A stretch of DNA of 64,000 bases. It comes from Sminthopsis crassicaudata. Lineage: Eukaryota. Both the position numbers and the translations under genes were made by a program. Below are positions 15,648 through 28,034 of the stretch, piece after piece. How positions within the stretch are numbered: position 1 is the first letter of the stretch; each line of letters opens with the position of its first letter. The notes beneath the pieces are model-generated. The model was given only the letters and a program-made list of their open reading frames with translations, had not been told where the DNA came from and searched no databases. The DNA is taken from contig NC_133617.1 in the NCBI RefSeq assembly GCF_048593235.1, positions 6,825,607 through 6,889,606 on the forward strand, read 5' to 3'.

Positions 15648-15853
15648 CCCGGCTCAGGACGCAGGGTCGTAGGCCCCGGCGGCGGCGGAGAAGGAGCGGA
15701 GCGGGACAGACCGTGAAAGAAGAGGTTGCGGAGGGAAAGAGGAAGCGGAAATTTCGTTTGTTTTCTCCTCCCTCCGGTTCAGGAGGTGCCTCGGCGACAT
15801 GCAGAGGCCTCTGGGAAACGTAGTCCTGAGGCTAGAGCGGCTTCTGCGCTTGC
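15648..15853 (-). promoter_or_regulatory. Gene A promoter and non-coding exon 1 (donor GTGAGT at 15647)
   Basis: CpG island; NRF1-like GCAAGCGCA (15853-15845); ZNF143/SBS-like ACTACGTTTCCCAGAGGCC from 15824; pyrimidine-rich initiator near 15750. Confidence 0.7.
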
Positions 15854-16899
15854 TCGGGTTCCGTGGCCCCGCCCAGCCTGTGGAACTGTGGTGCTGGATC
15901 TTTTTTCCGTCCTTCCTCTGGCCAAGCTGCCGCCCGAGGCTGACTGGGCCCCCTGGTGCGGAGGCTGCTCCTTTTGGAGCAGGTCCCTGGGGCACATGGT
16001 TGTTCCATAGTCCCCGCGCCCCTTGCCCCTCCGCAGGAGAGGCTTCCCGGGATGGGAGGGGCTGCATCTCTCCTCCCCAGCAGGCCGCTTAGCACCCAGG
16101 GCTGGAGGGAGGGAGGGACAGATGAGAGTGGGACTGGGTGCGCAGGTGCAGACGAGGGGGCGGGGAGGCAGCAGGGGAGTGGGGGGGGGGGTGCCTCTTC
16201 AGAGCACGTGCACGCCGGGACTAGTGCACGCCGGGACGGCTGCTTGTGTCTGTGCGGCCTAGCTGAGGGAGCAGTGCGGGCGAGGCAGTCGGGGTGCGGC
16301 TGCCTCCCTGGACGCCCGGGCCCCGCGCATGAATCTCCTTAGCTCCGCGGTGCCCTGGCCAGGTCCCAGGAACGATCTGCCTGCAGCGCAGATGTCTGAG
16401 CCCGGCCGCCAGGCTCTCCGGGGCAAGGAAAACGGCCCTTTGGCGCTTCCTCTGATAGGACAGAAAAGAAGGCGTTTTCTGCTGGGCATGCCTGGTCAGC
16501 TCGGGCAGGTGAGCGGGGGTGGGAGGGGGCAGTTTCCCCAGCATTAAAAAGAGCTGCTCCAGCCCGGATTGAGGCACGTTGGGAAAGAAGTCAAGTGGGG
16601 AGGATCTGGATTCCAATCCTACTTCTGAACCATCAGTCGAGTGACCCTGCTGGGCAAATCTTTTAAAATGCTCTGGATCTTATTTTCCTTACCTCAAACA
16701 GCCTTACCTGAACAGCCCCTCAGATCACTTCCAGCTCCACATGTGAGAGCCTGATGAAAAAAGTCTCTGTACTCCAACAATCCTTACAACATACGCACAT
16801 GTGCCTAATAAAGAGTCCTAAGATTTGGATTTGGAATCTTAAGAAATTGGATCCCTTCCATTTGGAGTGTCTTAGGAAGATTTGGAAGGTCACCTAGCA

Positions 16900-17290
16900 G
16901 GATAAGAAAAAGTCACTGAGGTCCTTTCATCGACTAAACTGCCATACCTTCGCACTGCCCCATGGAGCACAGCCCTTTTGGGCCGGCCACATCGTTGGAA
17001 AGCCAAGCCAATGCTTGCCAAAATGACTTACGGAGAACTCCCATGGCAAGCGCTCATGTGGTGCTCAGAAAAAGCAATACAAGGAAACTGAGTCTCAAAA
17101 CCCCTGAAAACCTTCGTATCAATTGTGGAGACATGAGCCCAGGACCACCCAACAAGACACAGCCTCATCAGAGAAAGCGCCGAGAGCAAAGGAGATCAGA
17201 AGAGAAGTGAAAGGCGCAGTTAGAGAATCCATGGTATTTATGCCTCATTTATGGTAGAGCCCTCTGAGCTTGTATTAGTCTACTGGCCAC
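16900..17290 (+). mobile_element. RTE LINE 3' ORF remnant
   Basis: Translates to 'QPFWAGHIV..CLPK..SHGKRS.GAQKKQYK', matching the RTE C-terminal 'QLRWAGHV..LPK..GKRS.GGQKKRYK' pattern. Confidence 0.8.
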
Positions 17291-17654
17291 AATCAGATGC
17301 TCTCTAACTTGACTCTAAAGTAGTGATGTGGATGAGATGCATGAAATCATCTGCAAAAAATTCACATGCCTGGGCCACCTTTGCAACAAGGTTGGCAAAA
17401 AGCTTCGTTTTGTCATCCTAAGACTGGTAAAGTTGGGGAAAGACGCAGGTTCCCTAGCAGAACTCCCATTTAACTAGTAAAAGAATATAACTTAAAGCTG
17501 TAAAATGGGAAAATAGTAGCAATAACTATCATTGAGTATTAGAAGTTTTTTTAAAGCCTTTAAACTCCAAAAGTCCCCACCTGGCTGAAGAGTGACTTCT
17601 ACTATGATTTTGATCAGTTGCAAGAGAAATATAGACAGAACTCCAATAAAGTTT

Positions 17655-18340
17655 TTTTTTATTTAATTTTTATTTTATTTTATAATTATAACTTTTTTTT
17701 TTTGACAGTACATATGCATGGGTAATTTTTTACAACATTATCCCTTGCACTTATTTCCCTTCCTCCCTCAACCCCCTCCCCCAGATGGCAGGCAGTCTTA
17801 TACATGTTAAATATATTATAGTATATTCTAGATACAATATATGTGTGTAGAACCTAATTTTTTGTTGCACAGAAAGAATTGGATTCAGAAGGTAAAAATA
17901 ACAGTTTACACTCATTTCCCAGTGTTCCTTCTCTGGATGTAGCTGATTCTGGCCATCATTAATCAATTGGAATTGGATTAGCTCTTCTCTATGTTGAAGA
18001 AATCCACTTCCATCAGCATACATCCTCGTACAGTATCATTGTTGAAGTGTATAATGATCTTCTGGTTCTGCTCGTTTCACTCAGCATCAGTTGATGTAAG
18101 TCTCTCCAAGCCTCTCTGTATTTCTCCTGCTGGTCATTTCTTATAGAACAATAATATTCCATAACCTTCATATACCATAATTTACCCAACCATTCTCCAA
18201 TTGATGGACATCCCTTCATCTTCCAGCTTCTAGCCACTATGAAAAAGGCTGCCACAAACATTTTGGCACATACAGGTCCCTTTCCCCTCTTTAGTATTTC
18301 CTTGGGATATAAGCCCAGTAGTAGTATGGCTGGGTTAAAG
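17655..18340 (-). mobile_element. L1 3' fragment (ORF2 C-terminus and 3' UTR)
   Basis: ORF 18013-18261 'MFVAAFFIVARSWKMKGCPSIGEWLGKLWY' is the L1 ORF2 C-terminus; poly(T) at the left end. Confidence 0.92.
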
Positions 18341-18358
18341 TTTTTTTTTTTTTACCAT

Positions 18359-19164
18359 TGTCTTCTGAGAGTATGGTCAAATGTGACAAGACCTCCCCTT
18401 AATCCTCCTGAAGCTATGGTTGGAGGAGGTAGCTTAAGGACAATGGCACACATCCCTTCAAATATCTCTCCAATCATATATTCTGCCCAACTCATTCCTT
18501 GATGGCAAACATATTTCTAAATCTCTGCATGGGGTTCCTGACTCATCATTCAAAACTTTTGAGAATACTCAAGGTCATGGTTATAATGTTTTTTCACCTA
18601 AAAGCAGGGGAAAATACAGAGGCAAAGAGCAGAAGCCAGCACTCCCAGGTCCTCTGTGCGCTTCCCTGTGCAGAGGACTTTTCCCAATCCAGGGACTTAG
18701 AGTGTGTCTTACTCCAGTACAGTCAAGTAGACAAAAAAACAAAGAGACTTGGTCTGGCTGGTTAGGGTCCTTTTGATGAGATTTGGAAAGGAGATAGCTT
18801 AAGATCAAAAATACCAACAGGAAATTCCTTTTTTTGGGAGAGACTGAAGGAGATAACAATAGAGAATTTTTGTCTTATTTACAATAATAAGAAAATTCCT
18901 GTCTTGTTTACAACAAGTGAATTCTTGTATTATTGACAAATATCTCCGGAACCTCTTGATAACATCTCTGTGCAAACATTGTTTTGATGACTCTAGTCAT
19001 CATGTATGTATATAAGGAAGGCTGAAAAATGAAATCTTTGCATTTGATATATACCAGCCAAATGCCCGTCAACTGATGTCCCCCTTTTCAGGCATTTTGG
19101 GTCTTCCTGAAGGCCAAATGCCTGTCTATCCCTTTACTATCAATAAAGACTTTGTTTCCATACA
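18359..19164 (+). mobile_element. Probable solo LTR
   Basis: TATATAA at 19009, AATAAA at 19142, ends in CA; 3' end shared with the element at 19797-20164. No clear target-site duplication. Confidence 0.5.
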
Positions 19165-19796
19165 GCATTAAGTAGCAAATTCCTTTGCTTCTGAACCCTG
19201 CCCTTGGTTACTTTGGGGAAGGGAGGAGAGAGAGAGAAAAGGAACTGACCCATCTCGGTTTAGAACCTCAGTTTACTCCTCATCACTTTGACCCTAACTC
19301 ATTGTAATTAAGCAGCCAATTAAAAGTTCATTTCTTGATCAGCTCCCAGGGACAAGTATACATATCTTTCAGCTGCACTCAGCCACACTTGGTGTTTCCC
19401 CAAACTCAGAAAACTGACAAGTGACTCTCCTTCGCCTCTTTTTTGGGTCTTGGCCCTCACTCATCCCAGCCCAGGATGATCCTTATAAGGACAAAATCCC
19501 TGAGCAGTAACACAGCCTTTACCCAGACCTTAGGGAAAACACTGTGGGACAGTGGGGGGAGCCAGGAAAGGTGACCTCCGAGGTTCATTCTGAGTAAGCT
19601 CTCCTGGCCAGCCTCTCCAGTCCCATACTGTACCCCCCCTTTCCCACTACACTAGGTGAAGAGTAGCCTCCTTCCTATTGATGAGGAGTAAACTGAGGGT
19701 CTAAACTGAGATGGGTCAGTTCCTTTCAGGAGGTCTAATTATCTCTTTCTCCTTCCCAAAGTCCCAACGGCGGGGTCCCTTAGCTACTCAAGGCTG

Positions 19797-20164
19797 TGTA
19801 GAAACAAAGTCTTTATTGATTAGAAACACCGGAGAGTTGTGGGCAAAATGGCTGCAAGGTACAAGGCCAGTTTTGCAAAGAATAGATTTTTGAGTTCTCT
19901 GTTTTATACAAAGCACAATCATTCAAATGCATTGATGTGAGGAGGTTCAGGAGAATGATGTAGTTAAGATAAGGATTCTCTTGTTATCTTTTGAGTAGAG
20001 ACAGAAGTCTCTTCCCCTGCTGTGACATTTGGTCTGTGTGAGCAAATTAGAATGGGGGGCTGTAAAACTCCAACCAGTTCAGATAGCCCAAACTAGTTTG
20101 ACCACATCAAAGTCCAAGTCCCAAATGGAGTTGGAGATCAAAAAAGGAATATCAAGGGGCTACA
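19797..20164 (-). mobile_element. Probable solo LTR related to 18359-19164
   Basis: Minus strand begins TGTAGCC and ends 'caataaagactttgtttctaca'. Confidence 0.5.
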
Positions 20165-20177
20165 GCCCCCATCACTA

Positions 20178-21083
20178 TTACAGACTCTTTCTCTTCCAGG
20201 CTCAATCCACAGATTTCTCATGCTCTCTGCCCAGACCATCTTTTTCCTTCCTCAGAGCTCCATGACTGGCTCAAAGGCCTCCTCCTGGCCCTAACCACTG
20301 CCCTCATCCTCATCCAACTCCACACTGTGACCTCCAGGCCCTCTGTTCTTTCCCAGGACATCTCCCCTGCATAGCTGTTCTCTTTTTTTTTCTCCTCATA
20401 CTTCATGTGGAATTGTGCACAATCCCCATCTCTCAAGCCTCAACCCCCTCCCTAGATTGCCAAATTGCTCCTTCTATCTGTGCTGCTGCATGAAGACGAA
20501 GAAAACCATATATATCGCTGTCTTGAGTCCACACAAATTCACATTACAACGACTTTAACTGGTGTTAGGCAATCCTTCTACATGCCTCCCTTACCAATTC
20601 ACTAAGTTTTCTGGACTGCAAGCTCAGTATTACTTGATTATGGACATGGAAGCAAAAAGGGGGGGCAGGAAATCCCAGGATGCCTTAAGAGAAGCAGAGT
20701 TTTCAGGAATATAAAAGTGGTAATTCCATTGTAAAGTGCCTTGGTCAGACCTCCTCTTGAACATTGTGTTCATGTCTAGGACCACAGTTTAAGAACTGTG
20801 AGAAGCTAGAGAGGGTTAGGAGGGCAACCAGGATAAGTAAAGATTGTGGTGAGTAAAAATGATTCTGAGAAAAAGATTTCTCTGGGAAGATCATTTTAAG
20901 TTTAATTCATCATAATCATAGCGTTTTACTGGAGATCACAGTGTGGAGTTGGATGAGGATGAGGGCAGTGGTTAGGATAGAGAGGAGGGCTCCAGTCATG
21001 GAGTTCTGAGGAAGGAGAAAGATGATCTGGGCAGAGAGCATGAGAAATCTGTGGAGTGAGCCTGGAAGAGAGAGGGTCTGTAA
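20178..21083. repeat. Inverted repeat: arms 20178-20336 and 20930-21083
   Basis: The reverse complement of the right arm matches the left arm at roughly 85-90% by eye. Confidence 0.85.
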
Positions 21084-21446
21084 GAGGAAGGAGGCTACTC
21101 TTCATCCAGTGTGTGGGAAAGGGGGGGCACGGTATGGGACTGGAGAGGCTGGCCAGAGGAGCTTCCTCGGAACGAACCCCGGAGATCACCTTTCCTGGCT
21201 CCCACCAAGTTCTAATCTTACTACTTTGTTCTTAAATTAATTTTGCTCTTTCCAATGGACCAAGAAGCTCTTGGAACAAATGTATAGTCAAGTAAAATCA
21301 ATTCCCTAATTGCCATGAGGTGTTTGTGTTTCTGTGATCTCCACGTGCAGCCTGAATCCATCACCTCTCCATCAAGGAGTGACTGACAGCTTCAGTCCTG
21401 GGGGCTCTGGAATTTGGTCAGAATTCTTTCAGTTTCTTTATACTTT

Positions 21447-22076
21447 TGATGAGATCTAGAATTGGGGTACCTAAATGAAATTAGGTTTAATTGAGATCTA
21501 GTGGCAGGTTGGGGCACAGGGAACCAAATAGAGCTGTCCTGCAAGCCCTTTGGATTCGGTGCAGGAATATGGAGTTCAATAAGGTCTAGTGGGGGGCAGG
21601 GGCAATAGTCCACTAAAGGAATTTACAGACCCGAAAACCTAGATTGATAAAAGACGTTTATTCTGGAGTTTGGAAACAAGGTTAAGGTCTAGTTAGTAAA
21701 AGGTGAAGGGAGAGGTAAGAGGGCACCAGAAACAGGTTTCCAGCGGGCAGAGATCCTTGGCGTGCCAGGCGTAAGGCAGCCATGTTTGGAACCTCCGCAA
21801 AGAGAGGGCTCCAGTCTGGCTCTTTTATAATGAGAGATTTAGCTAAAGGGGTCTGCGGGTGGAGTCCCGCGGGCTCAGATCCCCTGGGGGCTTCGAGAGC
21901 AGGGATTTCCTATTTGAATTCAGTTATGCTTTTGACCAGCATGATTTGTGAATCAAAGGTCCTGGCTTCTTGAATTGTTAATGCATCAGCCCGGATGGGG
22001 CTGGGAATCAGAAAGGAATAAATCCATCTGAAAGGACTAGTTTCTTAAAGGGAGCACAACCCCCAACAGTTTCACA
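21447..22076 (-). mobile_element. Solo ERV LTR immediately upstream of gene B promoter
   Basis: Minus strand starts TGTGAAAC, has TATAAAA near 21805 and AATAAA near 21658, and ends ..TCATCA. Boundaries approximate. Confidence 0.65.
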
Positions 22077-22175
22077 TTGTAAAAGTTTCTCTCCTGCTGC
22101 ATCATTTCGCCTATACGGCCTCAGATTCTTTAAAGGTCAATTGTTCACCTGGGGGAGGTTGGCTAAGCGGACTCT

Positions 22176-22418
22176 GCACATGCGCAGCACTGAACCCTGA
22201 CGCCGGACTCCATTTCCCAGAAGGCCTTACGGGCACATCCTTTCTCCTCCGGCAGAGTAGGGAGGAGTGTGAGAGATAGGGGAGGAGGGAAAGAAGGAGG
22301 GGAGGGTCCCCTCACTTCCGCCACATCAGGGCCCCGCCATCCTGCGAGTTTTCGTTGTCACCGGTTCCATTCCTTCCTTAGCTGTCGGGGGCACTTGGGC
22401 CGCGGAACTGAAACCGGA
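22176..22418 (+). promoter_or_regulatory. Gene B promoter and non-coding exon 1 (donor GTAAG at 22419)
   Basis: NRF1-like CATGCGCA ending at 22186; SBS-like ACTCCATTTCCCAGAAGGCC from 22207; start of a CpG island. Confidence 0.65.
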
Positions 22419-23600
22419 GTAAGCTGGGGCCGATCCAATCTTCCAGGGAGGGGAAGAGGAACAGGGTTGGCCCCGAGTGCGCAGTCCGAGCTTGCAAGCC
22501 CCGCCCCCCTAGGCGAGCGTGTGCGCCCATTGGTCAACGCCCAATTTCTCTACGCCCACTGGGCGTCGCCGTAGCGTTCTCACTCCTACCCGGGGTCTTC
22601 TGGGTCCCCCGCGATCCCCACCAGTCTTAGCGGCCCGTGCGCTCCCCTTAACGGAGGTTCTAGACCCAGAGAATCCTGGCTGAGGTGGGGAGTCAGTCCT
22701 TCCCTTGGAGGAACGCCCCCTGTCCCTCCCCCTCCATCTCCTGACTTGTCCCGGGTCATGACCCCGGGTGTCTGATCCTACTCTAGTCCTGGGCTCGGCC
22801 ACGCCTCCTCATTACGGGCACTCCTCGGGGCTCCGCCCCGCCCCCCTCTAACCTGGGGTCCTACTGCTATGAGGGACTCCCCCCAGACCACGTGACCATT
22901 CTCGGGTCTGATTTTGAATCCGCCCCTCCCACCTCACTGGCTGTGGGGGGAAAGAACGCTAAAGGGGGGACGCCGCCCCCGTGACCCCCACCTCCCAGGG
23001 TTGGACCCCTCCCTATACCCCCGCAGTCCCTGGCCCTAGGACGGGGTGAGGCCTTCAGCGCCCCTGGGGACCCCCCCCAGCGGGGCCCCCCTCTTCATTC
23101 CTCCCGTGATGGGGTCCCCTGAGGCAGGCGCGGAGCCCGCGCGGAGGACGTGCTTGTGTGCACAGACGGAGGGCGCTGGGGCTGTGCCCCGTGGGGGGGT
23201 CAGCACGTGTGGGGAAGGGTACAGAGCCTGAGCCCCGCTTGGGGGCTCTATGTTCCTGGGGGGGCTCCGGGCTCCTTGGGGGCCTCTGGTCTGGGCCATG
23301 GGGCCACATCCTCTCCTTGTGTCTGCACCTTTTCTATCCGGGCAGGGAATCCCCGTATCCTCCCCCCAAACTCTTCCCTACCACCTGGCGGACCCTCCCG
23401 GCCCCCCACGATGCTTGTGCCCTTCGGGGTCCTTTGACCCCTGCTCCCTGACCTGCCCCGGGTCAGTGTGGAGGAGCCCTCCGTCTGCCCACGTTACTGC
23501 TGGGAACCCCTCAGGCCGACCTCGGTCCGGATCCAGGGGTCTGGCCCGCGGAGGGCCCGGGTCTGGCCCGCCCTTCTCAGCCCGTCCCTTTCCTCCCCAG

Positions 23601-23693
23601 GCCGGCCTCGGACGGACTCCCCTTTCCCCAAGTGGAGGGCGGCCTGAGGAAGGCGGGATGGCGGCCGTGCCCCCCGCGCCCGGGGCCTGTCAG
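23601..23693 (+). CDS. Gene B exon 2 with start codon (ATG at 23658; MAAVPPAPGACQ)
   Basis: 'ctccccag|GCC...gggATGG...CAG|gtaag'; 36 coding nt, phase 0. Confidence 0.85.
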
Positions 23694-24572
23694 GTAAGGG
23701 GGGGCCTGGCTGGAGACACCCCCCAGACCGCGCCAGAGGGGCCCCCAGGCCGCCCGTGGGACCGGGAGAGGGAGCCTGGAGGCGGGAGGGGGGAGGGGCC
23801 GCACTGACTGAGGACCTGGAATGTTCGGGGCGGCGCTGGCCCACAAGTCCCTGGGGGGGGGCCCTGCCTGCACCTCCCCCTCCTCCTCCCTCCCTAAGAA
23901 AGCTCTGTCCCCAGGAGCGCCGCCATCCCCCTGCTGTCCTCCACCAGAGAGGGTGGGGCTCGGGTGGGGGGCGGGGCTCCTGGGGGCTGCCTCCCCCTGC
24001 CCCCCCCATCCAAGCCCAGCACGAGCTGCCCCTCCCCCACTGGCCCCGACCTGGGGCAGGTCCCGTGGGGGGCAGCCGGCCCTGACAGAGGAGGGCAGGG
24101 GAGCGGGCAGCGCTCGAGCGCCCCCTGGGCCTCCGCAGGGGAAGCTGCCCCCGGGGGTGGAGGTCTCATTGCCCCCTGTGACCCTGGGAGCCCCGGGGCT
24201 CAGGCTCAGCGGGATTTTGGCCGTGGGGGTTTTCTTTGTTTGGGGGACTCGCCGAGGGTCACTCGGCGCCCGGAAGGGTCGGGGCCTCCTGCCTGTTCTG
24301 GCCGAAGCTGCCCCAGAATCAGATTTTTAGGAGAATTATTTTTCAGAGTCTCCCCCCCCTTTTCTCCTTTTATTCCGGGTCTGTTGCTTCTTATATAAAG
24401 CAAGTTCAGGGAGCCATTTCTGAGGGCAGGTGGGCGCCTGGGGCCCCTCCCCCACGGCTGTAGGAGAGCAGTAGAATGGGGGACGCCTCAGGACCGGAAT
24501 CCGGCCGCAGCTGCATACAGCAGGAGCCCACTGAGTGTCCCGGGGCAAGCCCAGACTCTGGGACCCCCCTGA

Positions 24573-24806
<234 letters not shown>

Positions 24807-25014
24807 TGAATGTGGGGGGCCGGGTGGGGCCAGGGGCAGCTCCTAAGGAGAGGCCTTTGCTCTGCCCACGGGTGAGACCCCTTGACCCTCTGGGCCCCCA
24901 AGTGCCGGTGGCGGCAGGGAGCATGATGCTGGAGCCCTTCTGGAGGGGCCGGTGCCCCTCTCAATCATGGCCACTTTTCCATGGGGCTCCAACGTTCCCG
25001 TTTCCCATGGGCAG

Positions 25015-25110
25015 GGCTTGCTGTCTCCAGCCCCCACATGGTCTGCCAGCTGGAGCGAGGGGAAGGACCGTGGGTGCCCGAGGGAGACGCCCCAGGGAGC
25101 AGCCGGGCAG
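25015..25110 (+). CDS. Gene B exon 4, KRAB-B box (96 bp)
   Basis: LAVSSPHMVCQLERGEGPWVPEGDAPGSSRA, nearly identical to gene A; donor GTGAGT. Confidence 0.92.
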
Positions 25111-25275
25111 GTGAGTGAGGCCGGTGTCCCCTAAGGGCCAGGGACCTGTGTGGCCGGGTTGGGGAGGGGGCTGAGCTGCTTCCTAGAGCCTGTTCCCCTC
25201 CCCTGGGCCCTTCTCAATAATTAAAATAAAGGTAATTGTATTGGGATGAGAAATAGATCAATAATAGTGGGAGAA

Positions 25276-25647
25276 TGTTAGGTTCTTACTAGGTGATAAG
25301 TCGGTACTTAACAATTCTCTAGCTCCGTTCATACCTTTAGTTCACATCTTTAAAAGGGGCAAGTTCATTGGTTGTAGGAGTTCCCACAAGCCCATTCTCT
25401 GGGAGGATAAAAAGAGTCTGGATTTGGGTCAAGGACTAGACTTCCCAGGAGAACTTCAAGGAGAACTTCAGGGAAGCTGGAGGAGATTCAGAGCCAGGAT
25501 TCAGGAAGGAGAGGATTCAAGATTCTACCTTCCCTCTGGCTGAAGGCTCCAGAAGCCTCCCAAGAAACCTGCTCATAGAGAAAAGGATTTATAGAAAAGA
25601 AACCTTCTCCCAGAGAAGGATTACAACGAGAGGACAGAACATTTACA
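25276..25647 (+). mobile_element. Probable solo LTR in gene B intron 4
   Basis: TGTTAGG...TTTACA termini; inverted CCAAT and ATAAAA promoter-like core. Confidence 0.55.
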
Positions 25648-26411
25648 GGGGACTATAGCATACCCATTTCAGACATAGACAAATTAACGCAAAAAAAGAG
25701 AGACATTAAGTACTTGCATAATACCTTAGGAGGAGAGATAGATATGACTTTGTGATTACTGAATGGCAATGGAATTTACATGAAGAATTCTCTCTACTAG
25801 TCCATGGCACCTTTACAAAAGTCGACCATGTAAGCCTCACTATAAAATGTTGAAAAGCAGGAATGCTACTGAATACAATGCAATAAATGCTACATTCAAC
25901 AAAGGGCCTCAGAAGAAAGAATTAAAAGTAATTGGAGACTAACACAATTGTAAAGAACTGGGGGTGAGTCAAAAAACAAATTGCAACAACGGAAAAATTG
26001 TCATCAAAGGAGATGACAGTAATGAGAAAATATACCAAAACGTATTTGATGGAGCCAAAGCAGATCTGAAGATAAATTTTATATCTAAATGCGTGTATCA
26101 ACAAGAGACAAAATATAAATAAAAAATACATATTACTTAAAATATTAAGAAAAAAATCAAAAATCCCAAGTATAATTCACAATTTAAAAAATTAAAGAAA
26201 ATTGTCAGAATCATTACTAATTCTTTCACCCCTAATATGTCAATAAAACTGCTAAATAGGTGAGTATTTACAGAAATATAAAATATGTGTATTAACAAAA
26301 GAACTAGATTGTTGAAATAACCCAATATCAGAAAAATTTAAATTTTTTCTCTTCTTTTGATGTCCTACCAGATTTTATCTAATAATAAATCTAACAACAA
26401 ATAATTCTAAT

Positions 26412-27418
26412 GGGGCAACTAACTGGTACCGTAATAAAGTGTGGGGCGCAAAGTCAGGAAGACCAAGCTTAAATGCAGTCTCAACACTTATGGCTGGGTG
26501 ATCCTGGGCAATTACTTTACCCTGTTTGCCTGGATGTCTCATCTGTAAAATGAGCTGGAGAAAGAAACAATAAGCCACTCCACTATCTTTTCCAAGAAAA
26601 CCCCAAATGGGGTCACAAAAATTCTATGGAAAAACAGCGGAATAATAACCACAAAAGTGTTTGAAAGAAGGCCCCAGGATTGAGGAGGACTGAGAAAATA
26701 GAAGCTGGGAAGATAGAACCTTAGCTGAGACTTGCTGGCAGGTGGGAAAAACCAGGAAGCAGAGGGGATGAGTTGGAGGTTCCAGGGTTGGGGAGACCCA
26801 TAAAAAAGCCTGGAGTCAGCAGAGTGGAGTGAACTTGAGAAGAGCCACAATGCTAGGTCACTGATACAAAGTGGGGAAGAAGGGGCTCTGGACTGGGGGC
26901 TGACTGGAGACTGGACTGGACAGGGGAGACAGAGGCAGGCAGATCCCTCAGCAGCTGCTGCAGAGGCTGAGCTGTGAGGTAATGAGGGCGCACAACAGAG
27001 CGGTGATGATGTCTGAGGAGAGGAGGGGATGTACATGAGACTGGATATTCAGGGTGAGAATGAGTAGATGGGGATGATACTGGGGAAACTGGGAGGATGA
27101 CGGTGTCCTTAACATTGTAGATGTTAACAAGGGGGGAGGTTGGGTTTTTGTTCCTTAATGCTATTTGGACAAGGTATTTAATCTGCTAGCCTCAGTTTCT
27201 TCTCTGTAAGATGAGGAATTTGGAGTCCATCAGAAGTTTTAAACCCAGAATCTGTGAACTTTCAAAGAAATATTTTTAAGTGTATATCTACTTGGTTATC
27301 ATGTGATCTTTTATATTTTACTTTATACATTTAAAAACATAATTCTAAGAAATGATCCACAGTTTTACCAGATTGCCACAGGGGTCCATGACATACAAAA
27401 ACATTTAGTACTCCTGGA
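26412..27418. mobile_element. Mar1/MIR-type SINE (26412-26625, +), L2 remnant (26650-27125, -), hAT/MER5-like MITE end (27245-27418)
   Basis: CORE plus 'aagaaaaccccaaatggggtcac' tail; L2 endonuclease-like minus translation; terminus 'ggggtccatgaca..aaaa..tactcctg'. Confidence 0.6.
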
Positions 27419-28034
27419 CGCGGTAATCTCCTAATCTCTTGTTCCCCTAACAATCTGTGAATCAGCCTGTCTGGATCAGATTGTCACAAGGTGCATTCTT
27501 TATGTGATGAGCTGAAGTAGCCTCTGTGTTTTCCATCCATTTCTCCTGTTTTTCCACTCTTGTTGGTAGAGAAACACCAAGCATGTGACTTGGACACTTC
27601 TTGGCATGATCTGAGCCTCCCTTTCCAATTTTAGAACATCCTAACTGATTTTCCTTCTCCATGTTGTAACCAAGGAAATTGAGGCTCAAGGATTTGCCCA
27701 TAATCCCATAGCTCATATCAAAAGCAGGATTTGAACACAGTTCTTCTGGTGTCACCAACGCTCAAGAATTGCTTAAGTTTCTGGCACATCATAAAGATAG
27801 GCAGGACACTTTCTAGGCCTATCTCCAGGCCCAGGCCTCCAGGATGCAGTTGGCTTTCACTAGTAATGGGGACAACAGTAATATGAATGTATGTAGCTCT
27901 TGAAGGATTGTGAAAATACTTATTCTTCCAGCACTCAGGTAATTTTTGCTAAGAACCTTCCTTGATAGGGATGTAAATAAAAACTGTACAGCAGGTCACA
28001 GGAAGGACATTTAGTTTTTGTTTCTTTCTTTCAG

